NCBI GenBank assembly: GCA_017509785.1
Contig: JAFWOT010000025.1
Coordinates: forward strand, 60,394-124,393
Reading direction: 5' to 3'
DNA length: 64,000 bases
Source: Clostridia bacterium
GTDB lineage: Bacteria > Bacillota > Clostridia > Christensenellales > CAG-138
The notes beneath the pieces were generated by a model. That model was not told the origin of the DNA. It did not search any database and worked only from the letters and a program-made list of their open reading frames with translations. The position numbers were made by a program, and so were the translations under genes. This document shows positions 39,156 through 48,218 of the stretch, piece by piece (positions within the stretch are counted from its first letter, which is position 1; the number at the start of each line of letters is the position of its first letter).

Positions 39156-40868
39156 ATGACGATAACCGCAAAGACTCCCTGGAAGGAGCATCTCGGGGAG
39201 CTGCCCTTTCATCTCGATTATTTTGAGGGGACTATGTTCGAAGCCGTAAAGCGCATCGCGGATGAACACCCCGACAACATCGCTTTCGACTTCATGGGCA
39301 GATCGACCTCCTACAGGAGGATGATAGGCGAGATCGAGCGCTGCGCGAAGGCGCTCCGCACCATCGGCGTCCGCGAGAACGACAAGGTCACCATCGCGAT
39401 GCCCAACTGCCCGCAGGCCATCTACATGTTCTACGCGGTCAACCTCATCGGTGCGGTCGCCAACATGATCCACCCGCTCTCCGCCGAAAAGGAGATCGAG
39501 TTCTACCTCAACGAATCCGGGTCCGTCACCGCAATAACGCTGGATCAGTTCTACAACAAGTTCGAGAACGTCCGCAGGAACACGAAGGTCGTCAACATAA
39601 TAATCGCCTCCGTGAAGGATGAGCTCTCGCAGCCCCTGAAGGCCGGCTATATGCTGACCGAGGGCAGGAAGATAAAGCGGATCCCGAAGGACGCGCCGGT
39701 CATCCGCTGGCGCGAGTTCATGAACATGAGCCACATGTGCTTCTACGATTACAAGGTGGAGCGCCGCTCGGAGGATCCCGCCGTCATACTCTATTCCGGC
39801 GGCACGACGGGGACGACGAAGGGCATAGTCCTCACCAACAGGAATTTCAACGCGCTGGCGGCGCAGGTCGTCGCCGCGAACCCGATGTTCTCCGTCGGCG
39901 ACAGGATGCTCGCCGCGATGCCGCTCTTCCACGGGTTCGGGCTCGGGGTCTGCATCCATACGATGCTCGCATGCGGCGGCAGATGCCTCCTCATACCGAG
40001 GGTCACCCCGAAGGAGTACGCGAAGAGGATAGTCAAGTGCAATTTCGTCGCCGGCGTGCCCACGCTTTACGAGGCGCTCCTGCGCCTTCCCAGCATGGAA
40101 AAGGCCGATCTTTCCGGCCTGCGCGGGGTTTTCTCCGGCGGGGATTCGCTCTCGGTGGAGCTCAAGAAGAAGCTCGATAAATTCCTCGCGGAGCACGGCT
40201 GCAAGGTGCAGGTGCGCGAGGGCTACGGCACGACGGAGACCGTCACCGCCTGCTGCCTCACCCCGCCCCATATGCATAAGGAAGGGTCGATAGGTCTCCC
40301 CTTCCCCGACACGTATATAAAGATCGTCAGGCCCGACACCGACGAGGAGCTCCCCTACGGCGAGGAGGGCGAGATACTGCTTGCCGGGCCGACCGTGATG
40401 AAGGAATACATGAACCACCCCGACGAGACGGCGAAGACCCTCCGCACCCACGCGGACGGCTTGACCTGGGTCTATACGGGGGATCTCGGCGTTATGGACG
40501 ACGAGGGCTTCATATACTTCCGCGGCCGCGCAAAGCGAATGATAGTTTCCTCCGGCTATAACGTATACCCGGGCCAGATAGAGAACATACTCGACGCGCA
40601 CGAGCTCGTTCAGATGAGCTGCGTCATCGGCGTGCCGGATCCCTACCGCGTGCAGAAGGTCAAGGCGTTCGTGAAGCTCCGCGCCGGCGTCCCCGCGAAC
40701 GAGGAAACGAAGGCGAAGCTCATGGAGCACTGCCGGAAGAACATCGCAAAATACGCCATGCCCTACGATATCGAATTCAAGGACGACATGCCGAAGACCC
40801 TCGTCGGCAAGGTCGCCTACCGCGCCCTCGAGGAGGAGGAAGCGAAGAAGCGCGCCGCCGCGGATTGA
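39156..40868 (+). CDS. AMP-dependent synthetase/ligase (long-chain fatty-acid-CoA ligase type)
   Basis: ATG at 39156 after GGAGGGA. Motifs ILYSGGTTGTTKG, EGYGTTE, YTGDLG. Confidence 0.88.
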   Translation: MTITAKTPWKEHLGELPFHLDYFEGTMFEAVKRIADEHPDNIAFDFMGRSTSYRRMIGEIERCAKALRTIGVRENDKVTIAMPNCPQAIYMFYAVNLIGAVANMIHPLSAEKEIEFYLNESGSVTAITLDQFYNKFENVRRNTKVVNIIIASVKDELSQPLKAGYMLTEGRKIKRIPKDAPVIRWREFMNMSHMCFYDYKVERRSEDPAVILYSGGTTGTTKGIVLTNRNFNALAAQVVAANPMFSVGDRMLAAMPLFHGFGLGVCIHTMLACGGRCLLIPRVTPKEYAKRIVKCNFVAGVPTLYEALLRLPSMEKADLSGLRGVFSGGDSLSVELKKKLDKFLAEHGCKVQVREGYGTTETVTACCLTPPHMHKEGSIGLPFPDTYIKIVRPDTDEELPYGEEGEILLAGPTVMKEYMNHPDETAKTLRTHADGLTWVYTGDLGVMDDEGFIYFRGRAKRMIVSSGYNVYPGQIENILDAHELVQMSCVIGVPDPYRVQKVKAFVKLRAGVPANEETKAKLMEHCRKNIAKYAMPYDIEFKDDMPKTLVGKVAYRALEEEEAKKRAAAD

Positions 40869-40881
40869 CGGGGATCGCATA

Positions 40882-40924
40882 AAAAATCGGAGAGAGCCGT
40901 GAAAAGCTCTCTCCTCTTTTTTTA
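40882..40924. terminator. Bidirectional intrinsic terminator
   Basis: AAAAAATC-GGAGAGAGC-cgtgaaaa-GCTCTCTCC-TCTTTTTTTATTT between convergent genes. Confidence 0.8.
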
Positions 40925-41176
40925 TTTCCCGAACAGGCCGAAGCGCTTCTTTTCAAAGGGTTCGGCGCGGACGCCCGTCACCTTATAGCCCGTCGCCTCT
41001 ATGACGGAGGCGAGCGCTTCGGGGTCGATGGGGGATCCGGAGATTATCTCCGTCTCACCTTTCGCCCGCGAGGATGTGACCTTCTTTACGGGGAATGCGT
41101 TCCTGACGGCGTCGTTCACGTGCGCCTCGCACATGCCGCAAATCATACCCTCGACCTTTACCGTTATCCTTTCCAT
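40922..41176 (-). CDS. Heavy-metal-associated (HMA, CopZ-like) domain protein
   Basis: VKVEGMICGMCEAHV metal-binding motif. ATG at 41176 lies 9 nt after AGGAG; the upstream ATG at 41185 abuts the SD. Confidence 0.8.
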   Translation of the reverse strand: MERITVKVEGMICGMCEAHVNDAVRNAFPVKKVTSSRAKGETEIISGSPIDPEALASVIEATGYKVTGVRAEPFEKKRFGLFGK

Positions 41177-41199
41177 GACTTTCATCTCCTTTCGCCTTA

Positions 41200-41478
41200 T
41201 CAGCAGACGTGCTCCTCCAGTATGCTGCGCAGCGCCGCCATGGAGCTCGTATGGCTCCGCGCTATCTTTATGTTGCGGCTCTTCGCTTCCGAGAGAGCGC
41301 AGTGGATCATCTTGTGGGAGACGGTGCTCGTGAAGAGCACGAGCAGATCCGGGCTGCCTATATCCTTCAGGCCCGCCGTCATTTTGGGATACACCTTCGC
41401 CTTGCAGTTATATTCCGTGCAGAGTTCCTTATATCTGCGGGTCATGCATTCGTTGCCGCCTACGATCACTACGCTCAT
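41200..41478 (-). CDS. DUF2325-like small protein
   Basis: 92 aa. VVIVGGNECMTRRYKELC...DLLVLFTSTVSHKM... matches my recollection of DUF2325. ATG follows AAGGAG. Confidence 0.65.
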   Translation of the reverse strand: MSVVIVGGNECMTRRYKELCTEYNCKAKVYPKMTAGLKDIGSPDLLVLFTSTVSHKMIHCALSEAKSRNIKIARSHTSSMAALRSILEEHVC

Positions 41479-41534
41479 ACGATCTCCTTAATTCCTACTT
41501 GCTTGCTATGAGTTAGCCCGTGCTAACCATCTGT

Positions 41535-41563
41535 ATTGTATCAGACGAAGGCGGCTTTGTCAA
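41535..41563 (-). promoter_or_regulatory. Sigma-A promoter of the DUF2325-HMA operon
   Basis: On the minus strand: TTGACA, 17-nt spacer, TACAAT. A small GTTAGC-acgg-GCTAAC hairpin lies in the leader. Confidence 0.55.
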
Positions 41564-41620
41564 CACCCGCGCAAAAATTTTTTTGCACGCTTCCGCGGGA
41601 CGGTTATTCACATTTTCTTA

Positions 41621-41649
41621 TTGACACATCTTCCGCGGGAGATTATACT
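41621..41649 (+). promoter_or_regulatory. Sigma-A promoter of the metallophosphatase gene
   Basis: TTGACA (41621-41626), 17-nt spacer, TATACT (41644-41649). Confidence 0.55.
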
Positions 41650-41678
41650 GTATTTCGACAATGTTTTCGGAGGGGCTT

Positions 41679-42419
41679 ATGAGCTTTTACGCCATATCCG
41701 ACCTGCACGGTTATCCGCTTGAAAAATTCAAAGCCCTGCTTGAAAAAGCGGGCTTTGGCGAGGGCGACACGCTCTACGTTATCGGGGACGTCATAGACCG
41801 GAACCTCGACGGCGGAGTCGGGCTTCTTCGCTATATAATGGGGCGGCCCGATTTCGAATTCATACTCGGCAATCACGAGGACATGCTCCTTGCCTGCGAT
41901 TTTCTTTTCGAGGAGATCACCGACGAGAGCATATCGGAGCTGAACGAGATGAAGGCCGCGGCGCTGAACCGCTACCTCCGCAACGGGGGCGGGGTGACTT
42001 TGGAGTCCCTGCGCCTTCTCAGGCGGGAGGACCCCGCCGCCTTCGACGACTTGCTCGATTTCCTGCGCGAGTCCCCGCTTTACGGGGCGGTCTCCTGCGG
42101 CGGGAGGGATTTCCTTCTCGTTCACGGAGGGCTCGGCGGCTTCTCCCCCGAAAAGAAGCTTTCGGAATACTCCCCGCACGATCTGATCTGGGAGCGTCCT
42201 TCGTTGGAGACCGAGTATTTTGACGATGTGATCACCGTATTCGGGCACACGCCCACCCTCTATTACGGCGATGAGTACGCGGGGAAGGTGCTGTTCACGC
42301 GGACGTGGATCGACATAGACGCGGGGGCCGCGTCCTGCCTGCCGCCCGCGCTGCTGAGGCTCGACGATCTCGCCGTTTTCTACGGGGAGGAGTTCCCGGA
42401 TCCGGACGGCCTGAATTGA
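41679..42419 (+). CDS. Calcineurin-like metallophosphoesterase (Ser/Thr phosphatase / ApaH-like)
   Basis: Motifs ISDLHG, GDVIDRN, GNHE, VHGG, GHT. ATG follows GGAGGGG. Confidence 0.8.
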   Translation: MSFYAISDLHGYPLEKFKALLEKAGFGEGDTLYVIGDVIDRNLDGGVGLLRYIMGRPDFEFILGNHEDMLLACDFLFEEITDESISELNEMKAAALNRYLRNGGGVTLESLRLLRREDPAAFDDLLDFLRESPLYGAVSCGGRDFLLVHGGLGGFSPEKKLSEYSPHDLIWERPSLETEYFDDVITVFGHTPTLYYGDEYAGKVLFTRTWIDIDAGAASCLPPALLRLDDLAVFYGEEFPDPDGLN

Positions 42420-42492
42420 AGCTTCCGGGCAAACATAAAGCAGACGATCCGTTTTCGTCTGCTTTTTCGTTTTATCGCCGAACCGTTTTCGG

Positions 42493-42741
42493 TCACCTGT
42501 TCCCGCCGAGCCCTTCCGCGGTTTGGAGGCATTCCCACGGGAGCAGCCTCGCGCAGTCGAGCGCGTCCTTCTCGAAAAGGCCGGAGTACACGAAGTAGCG
42601 GCGCTCCCCGTCTTCGCGCCCGACCTCGATCGTTATGCGGCGATCCGGCTCCCGCGCGGGGCTCAATACGGTATCGTCCTTCCCGACGACGCGGTACTCA
42701 TAATACTCTCCGTCCGCCGTGTTGAAGCATGGGCTTTTCAT
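42493..42741 (-). CDS. Small hypothetical protein (last gene of the partner-switching-like operon)
   Basis: 82 aa, 9 nt downstream of the HD gene. No recognised motif. Confidence 0.45.
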   Translation of the reverse strand: MKSPCFNTADGEYYEYRVVGKDDTVLSPAREPDRRITIEVGREDGERRYFVYSGLFEKDALDCARLLPWECLQTAEGLGGNR

Positions 42742-42750
42742 ACGCCCCGC

Positions 42751-43332
42751 TCACCGCTCATCCTTCGGCGCGGAAAACAGGCTCTCGATGAGGCCGTGGT
42801 ATTCCTTCCACGCTTCCGAACCCGAAAGCTCCCCGAGGAGAGCTTCTATCGAGCGATAGTACCATTCATGCTGGGCGGGATCCTTCTGATTGAAGCGCCC
42901 CCAGACGGAGCCTCCCATGGAGCCGACGGCTCTTTTGAGCGCGCGCAGGTTGGAGAGCTTATCGCCTATCCAGATGAGCTTCACGCCCGGATCCGAGGCG
43001 TTTTTGAGCTTGCGGATGGATTCCTCCTTGCGCATGCGCCAGCTTACGGCCTTGGGAAGCTCGGGGTGCTTATCCTCCGTTTCGGAGGCGACGAGCGCCG
43101 CCGTGCGCGGGCCGAAGAGCGCTTCGATCTCCTCTATCGTGGCGTCGGTATCCTCGACCGTGTCGTGAAGGACCGCCGCGGCGAGCACCTCCTCGTCCTT
43201 CGTCATGGAGGAAACTATGAGCGCAACCTCCATCGGGTGGAGTATATACGGGGAGTTGTCGAGCTTTCTGTAAGCGCCGGAATGCTTTTCGGCGGCGTAG
43301 GCCACCGCCCTTTCGAACAGACCCTTCTCCAT
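42751..43332 (-). CDS. HD-domain protein of the RelA/SpoT hydrolase type (small alarmone hydrolase-like)
   Basis: YILHPMEVALIV...AAVLHDTVEDT HD motif. 193 aa with no synthetase domain. Confidence 0.8.
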   Translation of the reverse strand: MEKGLFERAVAYAAEKHSGAYRKLDNSPYILHPMEVALIVSSMTKDEEVLAAAVLHDTVEDTDATIEEIEALFGPRTAALVASETEDKHPELPKAVSWRMRKEESIRKLKNASDPGVKLIWIGDKLSNLRALKRAVGSMGGSVWGRFNQKDPAQHEWYYRSIEALLGELSGSEAWKEYHGLIESLFSAPKDER

Positions 43333-43333
43333 A

Positions 43334-44914
43334 TCACAGGCCCTTTCTGACGGTGAGCACGTTCTTACCGTCCCTGTATTCGTAGGAGACCTCGTCCATG
43401 AGCTGCTTCGTCAAGAATATCCCGAGGCCGCCGGGAGTCCTTTTTTCAGCGGGGAGCGCGGTATCCGGATCGGCCTTGGCGAGCGGATCGAAGCGGACGC
43501 CGCTGTCCGTGAACGTGATCGTCACGGAGGCGGGCTCCTTCGAGGTCCTCACGCTTATCACCGCGCTGCCGGGGCCGCCGCCGTAGGCGTAGCTGGCGAT
43601 GTTGATGAAAACCTCCTCCGCGGCAAGGGTTATCTGCATCGAGGCCCTCGGTGAGGGCTCGAGCTCCGCGGTGCGCTCCTCTATGAATCGAAGTACCTCG
43701 GGGAGTTCTTCCTTTTCCGCCGCAACGGTCATATCGTCCATCGTGAAGGTGAGCTCATCCAGCCTGCCGAGCAGCTCGATGAGGCTGTTCCGCCAATGAT
43801 CGAACTGTGCGCGCTCCTTCTCCGTCACCGTCTCGCCATGGCGGACGGCGCGGCTTATGAGGCGGGAATACCCGACCACCCTCGCCTTATCCTTCACCTC
43901 GCGGATCTTCGATTCGCAATTCGTGCCGAGGTATCGGGAGAGTACGCCGTGCAGAAAGCGCGTGCCGGTCTCGAAATCGAAGCCCTGGAATCTTTTTATC
44001 ACCTCATGGTCGTACTCCGAAAAGCCCGTGAAAGCGTTATAGACCGCGCCGAGCTCGAATATCGGATCGCCCACCGAGAGCGTATCCATATCGATGAGGA
44101 GGACCTCGTCGTTCTGCAGCATTATATTCTTGGTATGGAAATCCCCGTGGATGAGATTGTTCCTCTCCGGAACGGCTTCGATCAGCGAGAGGAGCTTTTC
44201 ACCCGCCCCGGCGGGGAGCTGTTCCGCCGCTTCCCTCGCCCATTTGAGCACGGGAGCCTTTGCGCTCGGGAGCTTGCCCGCGGGAGCCTCGGCTCCGTGT
44301 ATGCGGCGAAGAAGATCGGCGAATTCACGCACGCACTCGTCGAAGCGCTCCGGCTCAGAGATCAACACGTTCGTAAACGATTTTGCGTTGAGGAGCTCGA
44401 AAACGGAGCCGTAGCTCTCCCCCACCTTTACGACCTCATACGATATGGCCGTCGGTATGCCGAGTATGAGGGCAAGCTTCGCCATCTCGCGCTCGTGAAG
44501 TATGTCGTCGAGCGACTCCGGATCATGGTAGACCTTGACGACGGTATCGGGATCTATGCGGTAGACCGTGCCGTTGGCGCCCCTGCCGATCTCCTCGCAG
44601 CCTTCGATCGATACGGTGCGAAAGGCCTTCTCGACGGTCATCATCTGTGTGAAGCCCGTCATTTCGAATATCTCGTAAACCTCGGGGCTGACGTTGACTA
44701 TGCGCAGTTTGGGGAACTGTCTGCGGAGCCTCAAAAGCACGCGCAGGCCCGCGCTCGATATGTAATCGAGCTCCTTCGCGTCGATCGTGAGCGAGTCGGA
44801 GGCCGACTCGCCGACGGCGGCAAGAAGCTCCTCCTGGATGCGGGGAGCGTTGTTCGAATCTATCCTTCCGGAGAGGGGGATGGTCAGATCCAATGCGGCG
44901 TTTTTTTCGTCCAT
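43334..44914 (-). CDS. Triple-domain protein: STAS (anti-sigma antagonist) + protein-kinase-like/APH phosphotransferase + RsbW-type HATPase
   Basis: STAS: LDYISSAGLRVLLRL. Kinase-like: GRGANGTVYR, VVKVY, LIHGDFHTKNIML, IDMDTLSVGDP. HATPase_c_2: EEVFINIASYAY, FTDSGVRFDP, GGLGIFLTKQLMDEV. Confidence 0.8.
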   Translation of the reverse strand: MDEKNAALDLTIPLSGRIDSNNAPRIQEELLAAVGESASDSLTIDAKELDYISSAGLRVLLRLRRQFPKLRIVNVSPEVYEIFEMTGFTQMMTVEKAFRTVSIEGCEEIGRGANGTVYRIDPDTVVKVYHDPESLDDILHEREMAKLALILGIPTAISYEVVKVGESYGSVFELLNAKSFTNVLISEPERFDECVREFADLLRRIHGAEAPAGKLPSAKAPVLKWAREAAEQLPAGAGEKLLSLIEAVPERNNLIHGDFHTKNIMLQNDEVLLIDMDTLSVGDPIFELGAVYNAFTGFSEYDHEVIKRFQGFDFETGTRFLHGVLSRYLGTNCESKIREVKDKARVVGYSRLISRAVRHGETVTEKERAQFDHWRNSLIELLGRLDELTFTMDDMTVAAEKEELPEVLRFIEERTAELEPSPRASMQITLAAEEVFINIASYAYGGGPGSAVISVRTSKEPASVTITFTDSGVRFDPLAKADPDTALPAEKRTPGGLGIFLTKQLMDEVSYEYRDGKNVLTVRKGL

Positions 44915-44949
44915 GGGATTCCTTTCTGCCGGCGTGCCGCGGCAAACGG

Positions 44950-45609
44950 TTACCTTCTCAGATATTCGGATGAAACGGGGAATTCAAAATAGGTATCGGG
45001 GTAGGGTTCGTTTTCAAGCGTGAAATGCCACCATTCGCAGTCGAGCGGAGCAAAGCCGTTGTTCACCATCGCCCTCTGCAGAAGCATCCTGTTCTCATAC
45101 TGCTCGTCGGTGACGCTGCGGCTCGAAGGATGGGAGACCTCGCTGAAAAGATCGAAGGGGCTCCCCATGTCGAGCTCCCTGCCCGTCTTCATATCGAGGA
45201 GGGTGAGATCGACTGTGCTCCCGCGGGAATGCGAGGAGCGCTTTGCGATGTAGCCTTTAATGAAGAGCTCCTGCTTTTCGAGATCCGGATAGAAATACGG
45301 CTTCATGCGGATATCCGTATCCTCTATGCCCCAGAGCACGAAATGCTTCACGGCGCAGACGGGACGGTACGCGTCGAATATTTTGAGCCTGTATCCCATC
45401 ACCAGCATCTCGTTTGACACCGATTTGAGGGCGCGCGCCGCCTCCTTGGTAAGGATCGCGCAGGGCTCCTCGTAACCGTCGATGCGGTCGCCGATGAAAT
45501 TATACGTGGAAAAATATCTGATCTCCTGCACGATCTGCGGGATCTGATCCGAAAGGAGCACGAAGCCCGAAGGATCCATTGCCGCCTTGCTGTAAAGAAC
45601 GCTCATCAA
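44950..45609 (-). CDS. M15D D-alanyl-D-alanine dipeptidase (VanX/DdpX-like)
   Basis: KIFDAYRP, SSHSRGSTVDLTL, EWWHFTL. ATGA overlap with the upstream PP2C gene. Confidence 0.88.
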   Translation of the reverse strand: MMSVLYSKAAMDPSGFVLLSDQIPQIVQEIRYFSTYNFIGDRIDGYEEPCAILTKEAARALKSVSNEMLVMGYRLKIFDAYRPVCAVKHFVLWGIEDTDIRMKPYFYPDLEKQELFIKGYIAKRSSHSRGSTVDLTLLDMKTGRELDMGSPFDLFSEVSHPSSRSVTDEQYENRMLLQRAMVNNGFAPLDCEWWHFTLENEPYPDTYFEFPVSSEYLRR

Positions 45610-47246
45610 TTCCGCCTTTCCGCTCCCGCATATCTCACGCAGAGCATGGTTATGTCGTCAAACTGTTCCGCTCCGCCGACGAAATCCCCGACCGCCGTGC
45701 TGACGGCCGAGATGAGCTCCGCGGGAGCAATACCGGGATTCGCGTTCAGCGCTTCGAGCATCCCCTCCGTGCCGAACATGTTTCCGTTCGCGTCGGAAGC
45801 TTCGGGCACTCCGTCCGTGTAGAGGAATACGGCGTCGCCCTTTTCGAGCATGATCTCATAATCCGTATAGCGGACGCCGCCGATGCCGCCGATAACGAAG
45901 CCGTGCTTATCGCGGATGAGCCCGAACTCACCGCCCGCCCTCATCAGAGCGGGGTATTCATGCCCGGCGTTCGCCGCAGTGAGCCTGCCGGTGGAGATCT
46001 CCAATATGCCGAGCCAGACCGTCACGAACATCTGCTCGGGGTTGGAGGCGCAGATGGCTTCGTTGACGGAGGCAAGCACTTCCGCGGGGGTCTTGCCGGT
46101 TTTCGCCGCGCCGGAGATGTGTATCTTGCTCGCCATCATGAAGAGAGCGGCGGGCACGCCCTTGCCGGAAACGTCCGCCATCACGATGCAGAGCCGGTCG
46201 TCGTCGATGAGGAAGAGATCGTAGAAATCGCCCCCGACCTCGCGCGCGGGATCCATGTAGGCGTACGCGTCGAATTCATCCCTTCCCGGGAAGAGCGGGA
46301 ATCCGCTCGGGAGCATGCTCGCCTGTATGCGCGCGGCGAGCGAAAGCTCCGTGCCGATGCGTTCCTTCTCGGCGGTCGCCTGCCTGAGGTTCTCGACGTA
46401 GTCGATGACCTGCTCCTCCATCCTGTCGATGGAGCCGGCAAGCACAGCGATCTCGTCGTTGGTCCTTATCGAATCAAGGAGCTTCACCTCCGCGGCGACG
46501 TTCTCCTCCGCAAAGCGGCTCGCCTCCTCCGTTATCTGCTTTACGGGCTTCAGGAGCACCCGGTCGAGATACAGCGCCTGCCCCGCCGTGACTGCCGCCG
46601 CGAGCACGAGCATCGCGATGACGACCTTGCGGATATAGGATCTTCTCGCGGAGGAGAGGGCGTCCATCTGCCTTTGAACGCAGAGTATCGCCTTCGTTTC
46701 GCCGTCCGTCCCCCTGAGGGGGATCATCGCGGTGATGTGCGGGTCGGTCTCGATATAGCCCTTATCGCGCACGACGAGCTCCTTTTCGGAGCCCTCCTCG
46801 TACAGGGCGCGGTATTTTTGTCTGTAATCGTCGTTCGTCGTTTCGCGGACGTAGCCGAAGTCATAGACGGTATAATCGTTCGCGCGGTTCTTGGTCGAGA
46901 AAATGAACGTGATATGCGCGTAATCCGAAGTATCCGGCAGTATGACGTAAACGAAAGTCGCTCCGGAGGTATTGCAGAGCGAATCGAGCTTGCTGAATAC
47001 GGAAAGGTATTCCGGATCCTGCCAGCCGCCTTGGGCATACTCGTCGATGCGGTCGGGGTCGACTTCCTTCGCGGCGGTCAGCGCCGTGCGGAAAGCGCCG
47101 TCCGCGTACTGATCGAGGAGCGCGTCTGTAAAGCCCCGGTAGCCGATCACGCTCACTATCGCCGCGAACAGGATCAGCTGGAGCAGTATCCCCGCAATGC
47201 TTTTGACGGTTATGCGGAACCTCGGTTTTTCGGAACGGTCATTCAA
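45606..47246 (-). CDS. Membrane sensor PP2C (SpoIIE/RsbU-type) phosphatase with HAMP
   Basis: Two TM helices flank a periplasmic region of about 190 aa, followed by HAMP. PP2C motifs GGDFYD, ADVSGKG, LYTDGV. Confidence 0.88.
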   Translation of the reverse strand: MNDRSEKPRFRITVKSIAGILLQLILFAAIVSVIGYRGFTDALLDQYADGAFRTALTAAKEVDPDRIDEYAQGGWQDPEYLSVFSKLDSLCNTSGATFVYVILPDTSDYAHITFIFSTKNRANDYTVYDFGYVRETTNDDYRQKYRALYEEGSEKELVVRDKGYIETDPHITAMIPLRGTDGETKAILCVQRQMDALSSARRSYIRKVVIAMLVLAAAVTAGQALYLDRVLLKPVKQITEEASRFAEENVAAEVKLLDSIRTNDEIAVLAGSIDRMEEQVIDYVENLRQATAEKERIGTELSLAARIQASMLPSGFPLFPGRDEFDAYAYMDPAREVGGDFYDLFLIDDDRLCIVMADVSGKGVPAALFMMASKIHISGAAKTGKTPAEVLASVNEAICASNPEQMFVTVWLGILEISTGRLTAANAGHEYPALMRAGGEFGLIRDKHGFVIGGIGGVRYTDYEIMLEKGDAVFLYTDGVPEASDANGNMFGTEGMLEALNANPGIAPAELISAVSTAVGDFVGGAEQFDDITMLCVRYAGAERRN

Positions 47247-47535
47247 TATTGAGTATGTCGGAGAAGCGCGTGATCTCGAAGACCTCGTTCACTATCTCGC
47301 TCACGTTGACGAGCTTCATCCCGCCGACGGCGCTCATGCGCTTATGTGCGGAAAGCAGCACACGGAGCCCCGCGGAAGAGACGTACTTGAGTTTTTCACA
47401 ATCGACCGTGAGTTCGTCAATGCCCTCTATGTTCTCATTCAGGTACTTTTCGAATTCGGGAGAGGTCATGGTGTCGAGCCTGCCGTCGACGGTTATTACG
47501 GCGCTGCGGCCGTTCCTGATCATTTCAATATTCAT
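47239..47535 (-). CDS. STAS-domain anti-sigma factor antagonist
   Basis: 98 aa. LKYVSSAGLRVLLSA with the conserved phosphorylatable Ser context. Confidence 0.88.
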   Translation of the reverse strand: MNIEMIRNGRSAVITVDGRLDTMTSPEFEKYLNENIEGIDELTVDCEKLKYVSSAGLRVLLSAHKRMSAVGGMKLVNVSEIVNEVFEITRFSDILNIE

Positions 47536-47548
47536 ATTTGCCTCGCTT

Positions 47549-48154
47549 TCAGAACTTTTTGGTTATGGTCATCTCGACGTCGCGCCCGATTATGCCTATC
47601 CTCACGTCGTCCGCAAGGCGCGCGACAACCGATTTTTCAAGCTCGTCCCAATTCTCGTCGGGCTCGCCGCCGCGGTTGATCTCGTCGCTGTATTTCTTCA
47701 GGGACCAGTAATTATCCGCCCCGAAGTACACTCCGCCGTACTCCGGATCGAACCCGCCGAGCGCAAACCCGGCCGCCATCCCATCGCCGAGGGTGATATC
47801 ATCCGGGGTAAGGAGACGCTCGAAAAGATCGCGCAGCTTGCCCGTCACGCCCCTGGCTGCGGAGTTCCTGCCGCTCGTTGAAACGGCGAGGAGCTTCCTG
47901 CGCTTGTCGGTGTCCATTTCCGTCCTCGCGGTGAGATGGAGCGCGAATACGCCGTCCTCGTCGTCGATACGGAAGTCTGCGCTCTTCTCCCCCGTGAGGG
48001 CGCGCATCATGCCCAGCATCTCCTCCGTCAGAAGGCGCAGATGCAGCGCGTCCTTTTCGGAGAGGTCCTTATACCTTGCTACGCGCTCGGCCTGCTCGAG
48101 AGCCTTCTCGAAGCCGAGCCCGTCGTTCGTCACGCGGATCACATCGGATCTCAT
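47549..48154 (-). CDS. Hypothetical protein embedded in the partner-switching-like operon
   Basis: 201 aa, 13 nt upstream of the STAS gene. No ATP-binding or other motif that I recognise. Confidence 0.55.
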   Translation of the reverse strand: MRSDVIRVTNDGLGFEKALEQAERVARYKDLSEKDALHLRLLTEEMLGMMRALTGEKSADFRIDDEDGVFALHLTARTEMDTDKRRKLLAVSTSGRNSAARGVTGKLRDLFERLLTPDDITLGDGMAAGFALGGFDPEYGGVYFGADNYWSLKKYSDEINRGGEPDENWDELEKSVVARLADDVRIGIIGRDVEMTITKKF

Positions 48155-48218
48155 AACAAATCCTCCTTAATATATCTGCATTGGCGGCTTGCGCCGCGAT
48201 TTTAAACGAATTGCCGGC

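Noticed and set aside
44950-45609. VanX-like dipeptidase as evidence of a vancomycin resistance cluster.
   Set aside because: No vanH, vanA/B ligase or vanRS genes are adjacent. The gene sits inside a signalling operon, so it is more likely a DdpX-type housekeeping or regulatory dipeptidase.
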